A DNA stretch of 64,000 bases from Eubacteriales bacterium. Lineage in GTDB: Bacteria; Bacillota; Clostridia; Oscillospirales; QAKW01. The position numbers and the translations under genes were made by a program. The notes beneath the pieces are model-generated. The model saw only the letters and a program-made list of their open reading frames with translations. It searched no databases and was not told the origin of the DNA. The stretch spans positions 11,713 through 75,712 of the forward strand of contig JAZQJG010000011.1 in assembly GCA_045541535.1 (NCBI GenBank), written 5' to 3'. This document shows positions 55,101 to 64,000 of the stretch, piece by piece; position 1 is the stretch's first letter, and each line of letters starts with the position of its first letter.

Positions 55101-55868
55101 ATGATTCTGACAATTGACGTTGGTAATACCAATATCGTGATCGGTGTGTACCAAGAGGACAAGTTAGCACTTACGCTGCGGGTCAAGACGGACACAACCA
55201 AGACAGAGGATGAATACGTGATTTTGTTTGATAGCGTTTTGCGCATCAACCATATCCTGCCCGAAACCATTGAGGGTGGCATCATTTCTTCGGTTGTGCC
55301 CAATCTTTCACCGGTGCTTGCGCTGGCTGTGAAAAAGCTGATCGGGTGCGCTCCTTTGGTGGTGGGCCCCGGTATCAAAACCGGCTTTCCTATCAAAATT
55401 GACGATCCGTCCCAGCTCGGCAGTGACTTGGTTGTAGGTGCAGTTGGCGCCTTGGCAAAATACAAGCCGCCCATGATCGTTATTGATATGGGGACGGCAA
55501 CGACCTTTTCTGCTATTGATGCCGGCGGTGCCTTTTTGGGTGGCGCCATTTGCCCCGGTTTGCGGGTGTCTCTCGGTGCTTTGACTCAACAGGCGGCGCA
55601 ACTGTCGCAAATTGAGTTATCCGCTCCCAAAAATGCAATCGGAACCAATACCAATGACAGCTTGCGTTCCGGTATGATTTTGGGCTGTGCGGATATGATT
55701 GACGGTATGTGTAACCGATTCAAAAAGGAGTTAGGTGGGGAAGTGACGGTAGTGGCAACCGGCGGTCTTGCGCCTAAAGTATTGCCCTATTGCTCTACCG
55801 AAATTCGATCGGAGCCCACGTTGCTGACAGATGGCTTGTTGGCGCTGTACAAAAAGAATACGAAATAA
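55101..55868 (+). CDS. coaX: type III pantothenate kinase
   Basis: MILTIDVGNTNIVIGVY and ASKHA-fold motifs (IDMGTATTF, ATGG). Confidence 0.93.
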   Translation: MILTIDVGNTNIVIGVYQEDKLALTLRVKTDTTKTEDEYVILFDSVLRINHILPETIEGGIISSVVPNLSPVLALAVKKLIGCAPLVVGPGIKTGFPIKIDDPSQLGSDLVVGAVGALAKYKPPMIVIDMGTATTFSAIDAGGAFLGGAICPGLRVSLGALTQQAAQLSQIELSAPKNAIGTNTNDSLRSGMILGCADMIDGMCNRFKKELGGEVTVVATGGLAPKVLPYCSTEIRSEPTLLTDGLLALYKKNTK

Positions 55869-55922
55869 AAATGACTGACAGCACTGTACCCTTTAAGGGA
55901 CAGTAGCAAGGAGGGATTTGTT

Positions 55923-56507
55923 ATGAAAAATGCTAAAATCAGAAAGATGACGACGGTTGCATTGCTGATGGCTTTGGTTGTGGTGATGCAATTTATCAGC
56001 GGAATGATTCCGCCGATCGGTGGATTTTCCTTTTCTTTAGTGTTGATCCCCATTGTGATCGGTGCGGCGGTGCTTGGCCCGTCTACCGGCGCTTTGCTGG
56101 GCGCTACCTTTGGTGTTGTAGTGGCGATCAACTGTATTACCGGCGCCGATGCAGGCGGACATATGGTGTTTCAGGCCAGCCCTTGGCTGTGTATACTGGT
56201 GGTTGTTGGTAAGGGCGTTCTTGCCGGGCTTGCATCCGGCTGGACTTATAAGGCGCTGGCTGCAAAAAATGCATACGTTGCTATGCTGTGCGCCGCCATT
56301 ATTTGTCCGGTGGTTAATACCGGTGTATTTCTGAGCTGTATGGGACTGTTCTTTATTGATGTTCTGGCGGCTTGGGCAGGTGGCAGCAGTGTGATCGGAT
56401 ACGTATTATCCGGTATCGTACTGGCCAATTTTGTTCCGGAGTTGATCATCAACGTAGTGTTCGGCTTGGCGGGACAACGTGTGGTAAATGCTGTAAAAAC
56501 TAAATAG
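55923..56507 (+). CDS. ECF transporter S component (possibly pantothenate-specific, by context)
   Basis: About six TM helices, 194 aa, N-terminal KMTTVALLMAL pattern typical of ECF S units; adjacent to coaX. Confidence 0.6.
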   Translation: MKNAKIRKMTTVALLMALVVVMQFISGMIPPIGGFSFSLVLIPIVIGAAVLGPSTGALLGATFGVVVAINCITGADAGGHMVFQASPWLCILVVVGKGVLAGLASGWTYKALAAKNAYVAMLCAAIICPVVNTGVFLSCMGLFFIDVLAAWAGGSSVIGYVLSGIVLANFVPELIINVVFGLAGQRVVNAVKTK

Positions 56508-56548
56508 AAAACAAGGGCAGTCCGTTGGATGGACTGCCCTTGCTTTTT
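56507..56548. terminator. bidirectional terminator
   Basis: 12-bp stem CAAGGGCAGTCC/GGACTGCCCTTG with flanking A/T tracts. Confidence 0.8.
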
Positions 56549-57047
56549 ACTTTTGAATAATTTTTAAGACTTCGCCAACGTACATGCGGTGGGTATCGCC
56601 GTCGGGATAACAACTTTTTAAGATATCTTTATCATAAAAGATGCCGCCGTCCAGATCGGTGGCGTATATTTTTTTACACAAAACGGTAATATCTGCCTGT
56701 TCAATACAGGGGATTCCATCCGTTTCTTTTACTGTAAAACCGCAATGGGTAAACTTGTCTTCATCTCTTCCGCTGACTCTGCCGCAATAGGTGAGCTCTT
56801 TCCTGTACTTTTCTCCATTAAAAAAGCTCAAAGAAAAGCTGTCGGCGTTTTCAAGAAAAGAATAGGTGTGTCGGTGCGGACGGACATAAATATGTGCCAC
56901 GGTTTTGGAAAATAAAATACCAAAGCCTCCGTAACTGGCGGTCATGGTGTTGCAGTTTTCTTTTGTGCCTGCTGTGATCAGCATCCAATCCTTGCCGATT
57001 CTTTGGAATAAATTGTCATTCCATTCGGTGGGGTTGATAACCTTCAT
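56547..57047 (-). CDS. flavin reductase-like (FMN-binding split-barrel) family protein
   Basis: 166 aa. The pattern NTMTASYGGFGILFSKTVAHIYVRPHRHTY resembles the flavin reductase-like domain family. Confidence 0.6.
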   Translation of the reverse strand: MKVINPTEWNDNLFQRIGKDWMLITAGTKENCNTMTASYGGFGILFSKTVAHIYVRPHRHTYSFLENADSFSLSFFNGEKYRKELTYCGRVSGRDEDKFTHCGFTVKETDGIPCIEQADITVLCKKIYATDLDGGIFYDKDILKSCYPDGDTHRMYVGEVLKIIQK

Positions 57048-57161
57048 AGTGCTCGCGCTCCTTTCTGTAAATATTATACAACACTTTGAAAAATATGCAA
57101 GCGGAACTCTTTGCCGAAGGAGGAATACAATAAAATGAGTTTAAAACAAGGAGGAAGCAGT

Positions 57162-57383
57162 ATGAGGATCAGAATCGGCTCGGTAACCTATGCTATGAAA
57201 GCCAGAGAGGTGCTACGAAGTTACGGAATTGACGCTTCAATTTCCAAGGATTTGCGTACAAAAGGCGCAGGATGTGTGTACGTCCTTTATGTTCCGGAAA
57301 AAAACGTGGATGCCGCTTATGATATTTTGCTTAAAGCAGGGTTTGATTTGCCCGGCGAGAAGCGACGTGATAAAAATGAATGA
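57162..57383 (+). CDS. DUF3343-like small protein (putative S/Se carrier)
   Basis: 73 aa. MRIRIGSVTYAMKAREVLRSYGI... is the DUF3343 pattern; ATG at 57162 after GGAGGAAG. Confidence 0.6.
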   Translation: MRIRIGSVTYAMKAREVLRSYGIDASISKDLRTKGAGCVYVLYVPEKNVDAAYDILLKAGFDLPGEKRRDKNE

Positions 57384-58506
57384 AATTTATTTTGATAATG
57401 GTGCCTCGTCCTATCCGAAACCGCGCAGTGTGTATGAAAACACCTTTGATTTTATTTGGTCCAACGGCGCCAATGCCGGGCGCAGCGCCCATCGTCTGGC
57501 AATGGAGGCGGCAGGGGTGGTATATGACACTCGCTGTGAATTGGCTCGCTTTTTTGGCCTGAATTCGCCGGAAAACGTGGTTTTTACGCTGAATGCGACC
57601 TATGCGTTGAATTCGGTTTTACAGGGCTTTTTGCGCCCGGGCGATCATGTTGTTACGACGGTGATGGAACACAATAGCGTGTTGCGGCCGTTATATGCGT
57701 TACAACGTCGGGGTATAGATCTTGACGTTGTAGATGTGGATCTGTATGACGATGATAAAACCGTTGCTAATATTATGGAAAAAATTGGGCCAAAAACCCG
57801 TGCAATCGTTGTTTCTCAATGTTCTAACGTTTGCGGAAAAATGTTGCCGATCAAGCAAATTGCTACGCTGAAACGGGAGGGCATTCGCTTGATAGTCGAC
57901 GGCTCGCAAGGCGCAGGGAGTATTCCTACGGACTTTGAGGAGGAAAAAATGGATTATTATTGCGCTCCGATTCATAAGGGAATGCTGGGCTTGCAGGGCG
58001 GCGGGTTTGTGCTTTGCCGCTATAATGAATTAAAACCGTTGATTTTTGGCGGCACAGGCAGTGAAAGTATAAGGAAGGATCCGCCGGATTATCTTCCCGA
58101 GCGTTTGGAAGCTGGAACTTTGCCACTACCGTCCATCTTTTCTTTGCGGGAAGGCATTCGCTTTTTGCGTTCCGTCGGCATCGGAAACGTGTTTGCACAC
58201 AAAAAGAGTTTGACCGCCAAACTATACCGCGCACTAAAACAAAATCCGAAAATTCGTCTCTATGTGGATTATGGCCGGATGGCATCGCCGGGCGTGTTTT
58301 CGTTTAACGTGGGGGAACTTCATTCCGAAGAAGTCGCGGCAACGCTCGCAAAAGAAGGCGTGGCAGTGCGTGCCGGATTGCACTGTGCTCCGTTATTTCA
58401 TCAAAAGATGGGGACGACGGAGCAGGGGATGGTGCGTGTCAGTCTCGGATATGCAAATAATGAGCGGGAAATAAACGAATTTGTAAAAATAATTGAAAAT
58501 TTTTGA
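57376..58506 (+). CDS. class V aminotransferase-fold PLP enzyme (cysteine desulfurase / selenocysteine lyase family)
   Basis: IYFDNGASSYPKP..., the PLP Lys region (YYCAPIHKGMLG) and C-terminal RAGLHCAP. ATG at 57376 overlaps the upstream stop (ATGAATGA). Confidence 0.85.
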   Translation: MNEIYFDNGASSYPKPRSVYENTFDFIWSNGANAGRSAHRLAMEAAGVVYDTRCELARFFGLNSPENVVFTLNATYALNSVLQGFLRPGDHVVTTVMEHNSVLRPLYALQRRGIDLDVVDVDLYDDDKTVANIMEKIGPKTRAIVVSQCSNVCGKMLPIKQIATLKREGIRLIVDGSQGAGSIPTDFEEEKMDYYCAPIHKGMLGLQGGGFVLCRYNELKPLIFGGTGSESIRKDPPDYLPERLEAGTLPLPSIFSLREGIRFLRSVGIGNVFAHKKSLTAKLYRALKQNPKIRLYVDYGRMASPGVFSFNVGELHSEEVAATLAKEGVAVRAGLHCAPLFHQKMGTTEQGMVRVSLGYANNEREINEFVKIIENF

Positions 58507-58565
58507 TTTTTTAGTAAAAAAACATTTATTTCTTTTTCGTTTTGTGTTAAAATTAGTCTGTAAAA

Positions 58566-59462
58566 GTGTTTACGGTTAAATTTCCGGACGAAGAGGAAGT
58601 GAAGATATTGCAATTAATAAGAGAAGAGATGTTAAAGTTGTGGGGCGTTATCACCTCGATGGAGTTTCCTACGGACTACATTGACATTATCCTGGTGGCG
58701 ATTTTGCTATACTATTGTATCAGGATCATTTTTGATGCTCGCGCAGGTCAATTGCTGAAAGGCATTGTTTTGATCTTCGTGATCATGCAGATCGCCAATA
58801 TTCTGGATCTGAGTGCACTGGGGTATATCATTAACAATCTGTTGCAATACGGATTTTTGGCCGTGATCGTCGTATTTCAGCCGGAGTTGCGTACCGTATT
58901 GGAAAAGATGGGTCGTACCAATTTGCGCAATATCAATATTTTTAATACGCGGCATAACGAGGCTGCGGATAAAAAGCATCAGATCATCAGCCAGGTGATG
59001 GAGTGCTGTAAGGATCTTTCCACCCGAAAAATCGGCGGTCTGTTGGTGTTTGAGAAGACTACCAAATTGGGCGATATTATCAATACCGGTATCAGCGTTG
59101 ACAGTGAAGTTTCCAGTCAGATGTTGGGTACTATTTTCTTTCCGAACACTCCTCTGCACGACGGTGCCGTTGTAATTCGTGATGATCGTATTGCGGCGGC
59201 AGGATGCTTGCTACCGCTTACCCAGCGTATGGAACTCAGTTCTTCGCTGGGCACCCGTCATCGTGCGGCAGTCGGTATCAGCGAGGTTTCCGATGCGATT
59301 ACCATTGTTATCAGTGAGGAGACCGGACGTATTTCCTACACGCAAAACGGACAGATCAATATCGGCGTAACGCCGGAGGCATTGGAGGAAGCGCTGATTG
59401 CCTCACTGACCAAGGATGCAATTACCGGCAATCATCAGGGAAGGGGGAACGAAAATGCTTGA
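58566..59462 (+). CDS. cdaA: diadenylate cyclase CdaA
   Basis: Three N-terminal TM helices; DAC-domain motifs LHDGAVVI and GTRHRAAVGISE. The start codon is uncertain (GTG 58566, or a downstream TTG/ATG). Confidence 0.9.
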   Translation: MFTVKFPDEEEVKILQLIREEMLKLWGVITSMEFPTDYIDIILVAILLYYCIRIIFDARAGQLLKGIVLIFVIMQIANILDLSALGYIINNLLQYGFLAVIVVFQPELRTVLEKMGRTNLRNINIFNTRHNEAADKKHQIISQVMECCKDLSTRKIGGLLVFEKTTKLGDIINTGISVDSEVSSQMLGTIFFPNTPLHDGAVVIRDDRIAAAGCLLPLTQRMELSSSLGTRHRAAVGISEVSDAITIVISEETGRISYTQNGQINIGVTPEALEEALIASLTKDAITGNHQGRGNENA

Positions 59463-60693
59463 TTTTATCAAATCCCTTCCGGGAAAGCTTAAACATAATT
59501 TGTGGCTGAAGTTGCTGTCGTTGTTACTTGCCTTCATCGTTTGGGTCGTAGTGGTTGCTTATTACGATCCGGAGGCGACTGATACGCTGGAGGGCATCCC
59601 GGTCACCATTGACTACGAGCAAACCGTTTTGCAGGATCAGGGGTTGATCCTTGTGAGTGAAACGACGGCAACAGTGGACGTTAAGATTGAGGGACGACGG
59701 GAAAAACTTGCTTTGATCAATAAAGATAAGGTCACGGCGGTTGTAAGTCTGGCCTCGGTAACCAAACCCGGTGAATATGATCTTCCCATTACCGTAGCCA
59801 TTGATGGACAATCGGTCAAAACCGTCAGCCAAAGCAAGGAAACGATTCGACTTAAATTTGAAAAAGCAATCAACGCTCAATTTACCGTGGACGTGATTAC
59901 CAAGGGTCAGGTAGCGGAAGGCTTTGTGCTGGAGAAGATTGCCAATCCTACGGTGGTCACCGTAAACGGCCCCGAAAGCGTAATTGAAAAGATTTCCACC
60001 ATTCAGGCGGTGGTTTCTCAGGAGAAATTTTCCGAATCCGGTGTTTATGACGCTACGATTCTGTATCTGGATAAAAACGGTGAAAAGCTGGATGACGCCT
60101 TTTTGAGCGCCGATGCGGTGAAGGTTAATATTTCTGTATTTGAAGAAAAAACCGTGCCGTTGCAGGTGGAAGTTACCAATACCGCCGGCGGCAATGACAG
60201 TGCATATCTTAAGGTTACTGTTGAGCCCGAAAATATCACCATTGCAGGCAGTACGGAGGCGTTGGCATCTATCAATTACATTTCTCTTGGAACGGTAGAC
60301 GTTTCTGAAATTGAGAAGGCTGTTACCAAAGAAATGCCGCTGATCCTGCCCAACGGAATCAAGAGTGTTGAGGCTGTGGAAAATGCCAGGGTCACCTTCA
60401 ATTTTGAAGGAACGGTAACAAAGCAATTCAAGATTAATGCCAAGTCCGTACTTCTTGAAAATGCGGTAGACGGCACGGAGGTTGATCTTCCGACGGGTGA
60501 GATCACTGTCACGGTCCGAGGTAATGCGGAGGATATGGGTAAGTTGCAGGCGTCCGATATTTCCCTGCGAATTGATTGCAAAAATCAAAAGCTTCCCAAG
60601 GGTTCTAACCGTATGCCTGTATATTGCGTATTCCCCTCAACCTATAAGGTTGGCGCAATCGGAAAGTACGAACTTACGGTAAAAGTTTCATAA
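59455..60693 (+). CDS. cdaR: CdaR (YbbR-domain) regulator of CdaA
   Basis: N-terminal TM helix and repeated YbbR-like beta domains. ATG at 59455 overlaps the cdaA stop. Confidence 0.8.
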   Translation: MLDFIKSLPGKLKHNLWLKLLSLLLAFIVWVVVVAYYDPEATDTLEGIPVTIDYEQTVLQDQGLILVSETTATVDVKIEGRREKLALINKDKVTAVVSLASVTKPGEYDLPITVAIDGQSVKTVSQSKETIRLKFEKAINAQFTVDVITKGQVAEGFVLEKIANPTVVTVNGPESVIEKISTIQAVVSQEKFSESGVYDATILYLDKNGEKLDDAFLSADAVKVNISVFEEKTVPLQVEVTNTAGGNDSAYLKVTVEPENITIAGSTEALASINYISLGTVDVSEIEKAVTKEMPLILPNGIKSVEAVENARVTFNFEGTVTKQFKINAKSVLLENAVDGTEVDLPTGEITVTVRGNAEDMGKLQASDISLRIDCKNQKLPKGSNRMPVYCVFPSTYKVGAIGKYELTVKVS

Positions 60694-60699
60694 ATGCTT

Positions 60700-60733
60700 G
60701 CAAAATCCTCCCGTCGGGAGGATTTTGCGATTT
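60700..60733 (+). terminator. intrinsic terminator after cdaR
   Basis: 13-bp stem GCAAAATCCTCCC/GGGAGGATTTTGC followed by GATTT. Confidence 0.75.
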
Positions 60734-60749
60734 GGAAAGGAAAACCATA

Positions 60750-61154
60750 ATGACGCAAACGGGTGTGATCAAATCAATATCCGGTCAGACGGCGGTGGTG
60801 CGTGTCGTGCGCAAGGGAGCTTGTGGTGATGGCTGTAGTATGTGTGGCTTATGCAGCGCCGAAACTATCGACGTTCAGGCAAAATGCCTGCTTGCGGTAA
60901 GTGTCGGTGATCGGGTAAGGATTCAATCTTCCGATCGGGCAACGCTGGGCGGCCTGATTTGTGTGTTTCTGTTGCCGGTGCTTATGCCTCTTGTATTTTA
61001 TCTGCTGGCTGCTTGGTTGTTTGGAACGGTGATCGGTATGGTTGCTGCAGGAATAACGTTGGCGCTGTGTGTTGCGTTGATTCGTTATCTTAACCGAAAC
61101 AAAGAATTTTTGAATGCGGCGCAAGCCTGCGTAATCTCAAAAGTGGCAGACTAA
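60750..61154 (+). CDS. RseC/MucC family protein
   Basis: GVIKSISGQTAVVRV...CGDGCSMCGLC followed by two TM helices. Confidence 0.65.
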   Translation: MTQTGVIKSISGQTAVVRVVRKGACGDGCSMCGLCSAETIDVQAKCLLAVSVGDRVRIQSSDRATLGGLICVFLLPVLMPLVFYLLAAWLFGTVIGMVAAGITLALCVALIRYLNRNKEFLNAAQACVISKVAD

Positions 61155-61237
61155 TGCTTGCAATTTTATTATAAATGAATTATAATATTCTTTATTAGTG
61201 CATAATGAAAATGAACGCTGAAAAAGGAGTTGTCAAT

Positions 61238-62524
61238 ATGCGTCCATACGTTGAATTGAATCGAGAAGAGTTGGAAGGGTTAAAGATTAAGCTTACGGAG
61301 CAGTATGAGAACTACTGTGCTAAAAATCTGGCCCTGGATATGTCCAGAGGCAAGCCATGCTCCGACCAGCTCAATCTCAGTGAAGATATTTTGCAGGCCC
61401 TCAGCCATACCGAGGACTGTTTTGCCAAGAACGGTCTGGATTGCCGTAATTATGGTTTGTGGGATGGGATTGGCGAGGCAAAGGTGCTGTTTGGCGATCT
61501 GTTGGGCGTTTCGCCCGAACAACTGGTGCTGGGCGGTAATTCCAGTTTGACGATGATGTACGACACCATTTCCCGTGCGTACAATTTCGGATTTTTCAAC
61601 AGCCCCCGTCCTTGGTGTAAGGAAGAAAAAATCAAGTTCCTTTGTCCTTCTCCCGGATATGACCGTCACTTTGCCATTTCACAGTTGTTCGGCATGGAGA
61701 TGATTGCCATTGAAATGACGCCGGACGGCCCCGATATGGATGCTGTGGAATATTACGTGGAAAACGATAAAGCGGTAAAGGGCATTTGGTGTGTACCCAA
61801 ATATTCTAATCCTCAGGGTATTACCTATTCCGACGAAACCGTTCGCCGTTTTGCCGCATTAAAGCCGGCAGCTCCCGACTTCCGTATCATTTGGGACAAT
61901 GCCTACGCCATCCACGATCTTTATGAAGAGAAGGATGAACTGCTTAACATTTTTGATGCTTGCAGTGAGGCGAGTAATCCTGATATCGTAATTTCCTTCA
62001 GCTCCACTTCCAAGGTTTCTTTTCCCGGTAGTGGTGTTGCCGTGATGGCTGCCAGCCCTCGGAATCTGGAATTTATGAAGCAGCAGATCTCCATTCAGAC
62101 TATTGGTCCGGACAAGCTCAATCAGTTGCGTCACGTTAAGACTTATAAGAATGCCGCCGGTGTATTGAAACATATGAAAAAACTGGCAGATATTCTGCGT
62201 CCCAAATTTGAAGCAGTGTTGAGCATTTTGGATGAGGAACTTTCTTCTACCGGTGTTGGCCGTTGGACGCGCCCCAAAGGCGGATATTTCATCGGATTTG
62301 ATACGATGGACGGTTGCGCCAAGCGGGTATATAACTTGTGTAAGGATGCCGGTGTGGTGTTGACCACGGCAGGCGCCACCTATCCCGGAGGCGTTGACCC
62401 CAAGGATAGCAATATTCGTCTCGCTCCCAGTTATCCGCCGATGGAGGAGTTGCAGGTTGCCATGCGTGTCTTTTGCGTATGCGTAAAGCTTGCGGCAGTG
62501 GAGAAAATTTTGGAGGATATGTAA
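61238..62524 (+). CDS. class I/II-fold PLP-dependent aminotransferase (aspartate aminotransferase-like)
   Basis: 428 aa; NPQG and SSTSKVSFPGSG (PLP Lys) motifs; ATG at 61238 after AAAGGAG. Confidence 0.8.
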   Translation: MRPYVELNREELEGLKIKLTEQYENYCAKNLALDMSRGKPCSDQLNLSEDILQALSHTEDCFAKNGLDCRNYGLWDGIGEAKVLFGDLLGVSPEQLVLGGNSSLTMMYDTISRAYNFGFFNSPRPWCKEEKIKFLCPSPGYDRHFAISQLFGMEMIAIEMTPDGPDMDAVEYYVENDKAVKGIWCVPKYSNPQGITYSDETVRRFAALKPAAPDFRIIWDNAYAIHDLYEEKDELLNIFDACSEASNPDIVISFSSTSKVSFPGSGVAVMAASPRNLEFMKQQISIQTIGPDKLNQLRHVKTYKNAAGVLKHMKKLADILRPKFEAVLSILDEELSSTGVGRWTRPKGGYFIGFDTMDGCAKRVYNLCKDAGVVLTTAGATYPGGVDPKDSNIRLAPSYPPMEELQVAMRVFCVCVKLAAVEKILEDM

Positions 62525-62525
62525 A

Positions 62526-63947
62526 ATGTTTGAACGCTACGAAAGTCCGTTCAGTTCACGTTACGCCAGCAAGGAGATGCAATACATTTTCTCGCCGGAC
62601 ATGAAATTTAAAACCTGGAGAAAGCTGTGGGTATCATTAGCTCGCGCCGAGCATAAGCTGGGCTTGCCGGTAACTGCTGAGCAGGTGGCCGAGCTTGAAA
62701 AGTATCAGGATGATATTAACTACGACGTTGCCCGCCAGAGGGAAAAAGAAACTCGTCACGACGTAATGAGTCACGTGTATGCATACGGCGTGCAGGCTCC
62801 GTTGGCAGAGCCTATTATTCATTTGGGCGCCACCTCTTGTTACGTGGGTGATAATACCGACGTGATCGTTATGCGTGAAGGCTTGCGTCTGCTTCGGAAA
62901 AAACTGTTGACCGTGATCAGTCATCTGGCTGCTTTTGCCGCTGAGTATAAGGGGCTTCCTTGCCTCGGTTACACCCATTTACAATCTGCACAGCTCACCA
63001 CCGTCGGAAAACGTGCTACGCTTTGGATCAATGAGTTTTTGATGGATTTGCAGGAATTGGATTTCCGCTTGTCCGGTTTGAAGCTGTTGGGTAGCAAAGG
63101 CACCACCGGAACACAGGCCAGCTTTTTGGAACTGTTTGACGGCGATATGAACAAGATTCGTGAAATGGAACGTATGATTGCCGCCGATTTTGACTTTGAC
63201 GGTGTTGTTCCCGTTTCCGGACAAACCTATTCCCGTAAGGTGGATGCCGGTATCGGCGCCGCACTTTCTGCCATCGCACAAAGTGCGTATAAATTTGCCG
63301 GAGATCTGCGTGTGTTGGCCAGCTTTAAGGAGATGGAGGAACCTTTTGAAAAGAAACAGATCGGTTCTTCTGCTATGCCTTATAAAAGAAATCCCATGCG
63401 GTCCGAACGCATTTGCGCATTGGCACGTTATATAATGGTGGATGCCCTAAATCCGGCTTTAACCACCGCCGCTCAATATTTTGAGAGAACGCTGGATGAC
63501 TCTGCAAACAAGCGTATTGCGATGGCCGAGGCGTTTTTGGCAACGGACGGTATGTTGGATCTTCTTATCAACGTTACCAACGGCTTGGTGGTCTATCCTA
63601 AGGTGATTGAGCAGAGAATTATGCGTGAGATCCCTTTTATGGCCAGCGAAAACATTATGATGGCCGCTGTAAAAAAAGGCGGCAATCGCCAGCTACTGCA
63701 TGAAAAGATCCGCGAGTATTCTGTGGAGGCCGCCAGACAGGTCAAAGAATTCGGCAAAGAAAACGATTTGCTGGACCGCATCTGTGCCGACCCCGAATTC
63801 GGGTTGACTCGTGAAGAAGTAGATGCCGTATTGGTTCCCTCCAACTATATCGGTTGTTGTGTGGAACAGGTGAATTGCTTCTTATCCGAAGAGGTTTCGC
63901 CGCTTTTGAAGGATCTGGATGTTGTAAAGGCGGAAATTTCCGTATAA
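62526..63947 (+). CDS. purB: adenylosuccinate lyase
   Basis: MFERYESPFSSRYASKEM... and the fumarate-lyase signature GSSAMPYKRNP. Confidence 0.95.
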   Translation: MFERYESPFSSRYASKEMQYIFSPDMKFKTWRKLWVSLARAEHKLGLPVTAEQVAELEKYQDDINYDVARQREKETRHDVMSHVYAYGVQAPLAEPIIHLGATSCYVGDNTDVIVMREGLRLLRKKLLTVISHLAAFAAEYKGLPCLGYTHLQSAQLTTVGKRATLWINEFLMDLQELDFRLSGLKLLGSKGTTGTQASFLELFDGDMNKIREMERMIAADFDFDGVVPVSGQTYSRKVDAGIGAALSAIAQSAYKFAGDLRVLASFKEMEEPFEKKQIGSSAMPYKRNPMRSERICALARYIMVDALNPALTTAAQYFERTLDDSANKRIAMAEAFLATDGMLDLLINVTNGLVVYPKVIEQRIMREIPFMASENIMMAAVKKGGNRQLLHEKIREYSVEAARQVKEFGKENDLLDRICADPEFGLTREEVDAVLVPSNYIGCCVEQVNCFLSEEVSPLLKDLDVVKAEISV

Positions 63948-63954
63948 ATCAAAA

Positions 63955-63985
63955 AGAAGTCTGCGTGTGCAGACTTCTTTGCCTT
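63955..63985 (+). terminator. intrinsic terminator after purB
   Basis: AGAAGTCTGC/GCAGACTTCT stem, then a T-rich tail. Confidence 0.7.
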
Positions 63986-64000
63986 TACTTTTTGTGAGTT

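Noticed and set aside
54856-55104. 82-aa plus-strand ORF, and the overlapping 141-aa minus-strand ORF (54729-55154), across the rpsI repeat region.
   Set aside because: They span two terminators and a promoter, have no SD and have no meaningful composition. The region is better explained as a non-coding duplication.
1-64000. Scan for tRNA or rRNA genes, transposases, integrases, phage genes, toxin-antitoxin pairs, restriction-modification systems or known defence-system genes.
   Set aside because: None was recognised. Every ORF with a good SD and a plausible length could be assigned to housekeeping, envelope, sporulation or small-metabolism families, or was a single small hypothetical. I therefore do not claim a novel defence or mobile system in this window.

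Overview
The window reads as a contiguous core-chromosome segment of a moderately GC-rich, endospore-forming Firmicute of class Clostridia. That placement rests on the presence of spoIID, an M23 SpoIIQ-like gene, spoIIID, dprA-topA-trmFO synteny, T-box and SAM-I leaders, and Gram-positive Shine-Dalgarno (SD) sequences. I call about 70 protein genes, nearly all housekeeping.

Main gene groups:
- Ribosomal and translation clusters: rpmE; infC-rpmI-rplT; rpmG-secE-nusG-rplK-rplA-rplJ-rplL; rplM-rpsI.
- Other core functions: alaS, metK, glpK, purB, plsX-acpP-rnc, recD2-comFC, mreB, cdaA-cdaR, coaX.
- Two rubrerythrins with opposite domain order.
- A tyrosine-kinase (Wzz / BY-kinase / PHP phosphatase) trio.
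- A GT4-CsaB fusion gene.
- A small cytoplasmic glycosidase cluster.

Recognisable cis-RNAs are an Ala T-box, a SAM-I riboswitch, and L20- and L10-type leaders. Many near-consensus TTGACA-17-TATAAT promoters and intrinsic terminators are visible.

I found no tRNA or rRNA genes, CRISPR array, transposase, integrase or phage genes, and no convincing defence island or clearly novel multi-gene system.

The best leads are modest:
1. A duplicated rpsI 3' end plus terminator flanking a 96-nt unique insert.
2. Recurring hairpins that combine the upstream gene's terminator, a -10 box in the loop, and the downstream gene's SD in the 3' arm.
3. A HIT / phosphoribosyltransferase / CofE-like trio fused to the alaS operon.
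4. A MoxR / DUF58 / transglutaminase membrane triad.
5. An unusually long structured divergent intergenic region next to an orphan solute-binding-like lipoprotein.
6. A HAD hydrolase gene that appears inactivated by an internal deletion.

All functional calls come from motif recognition by eye. No database search was run.
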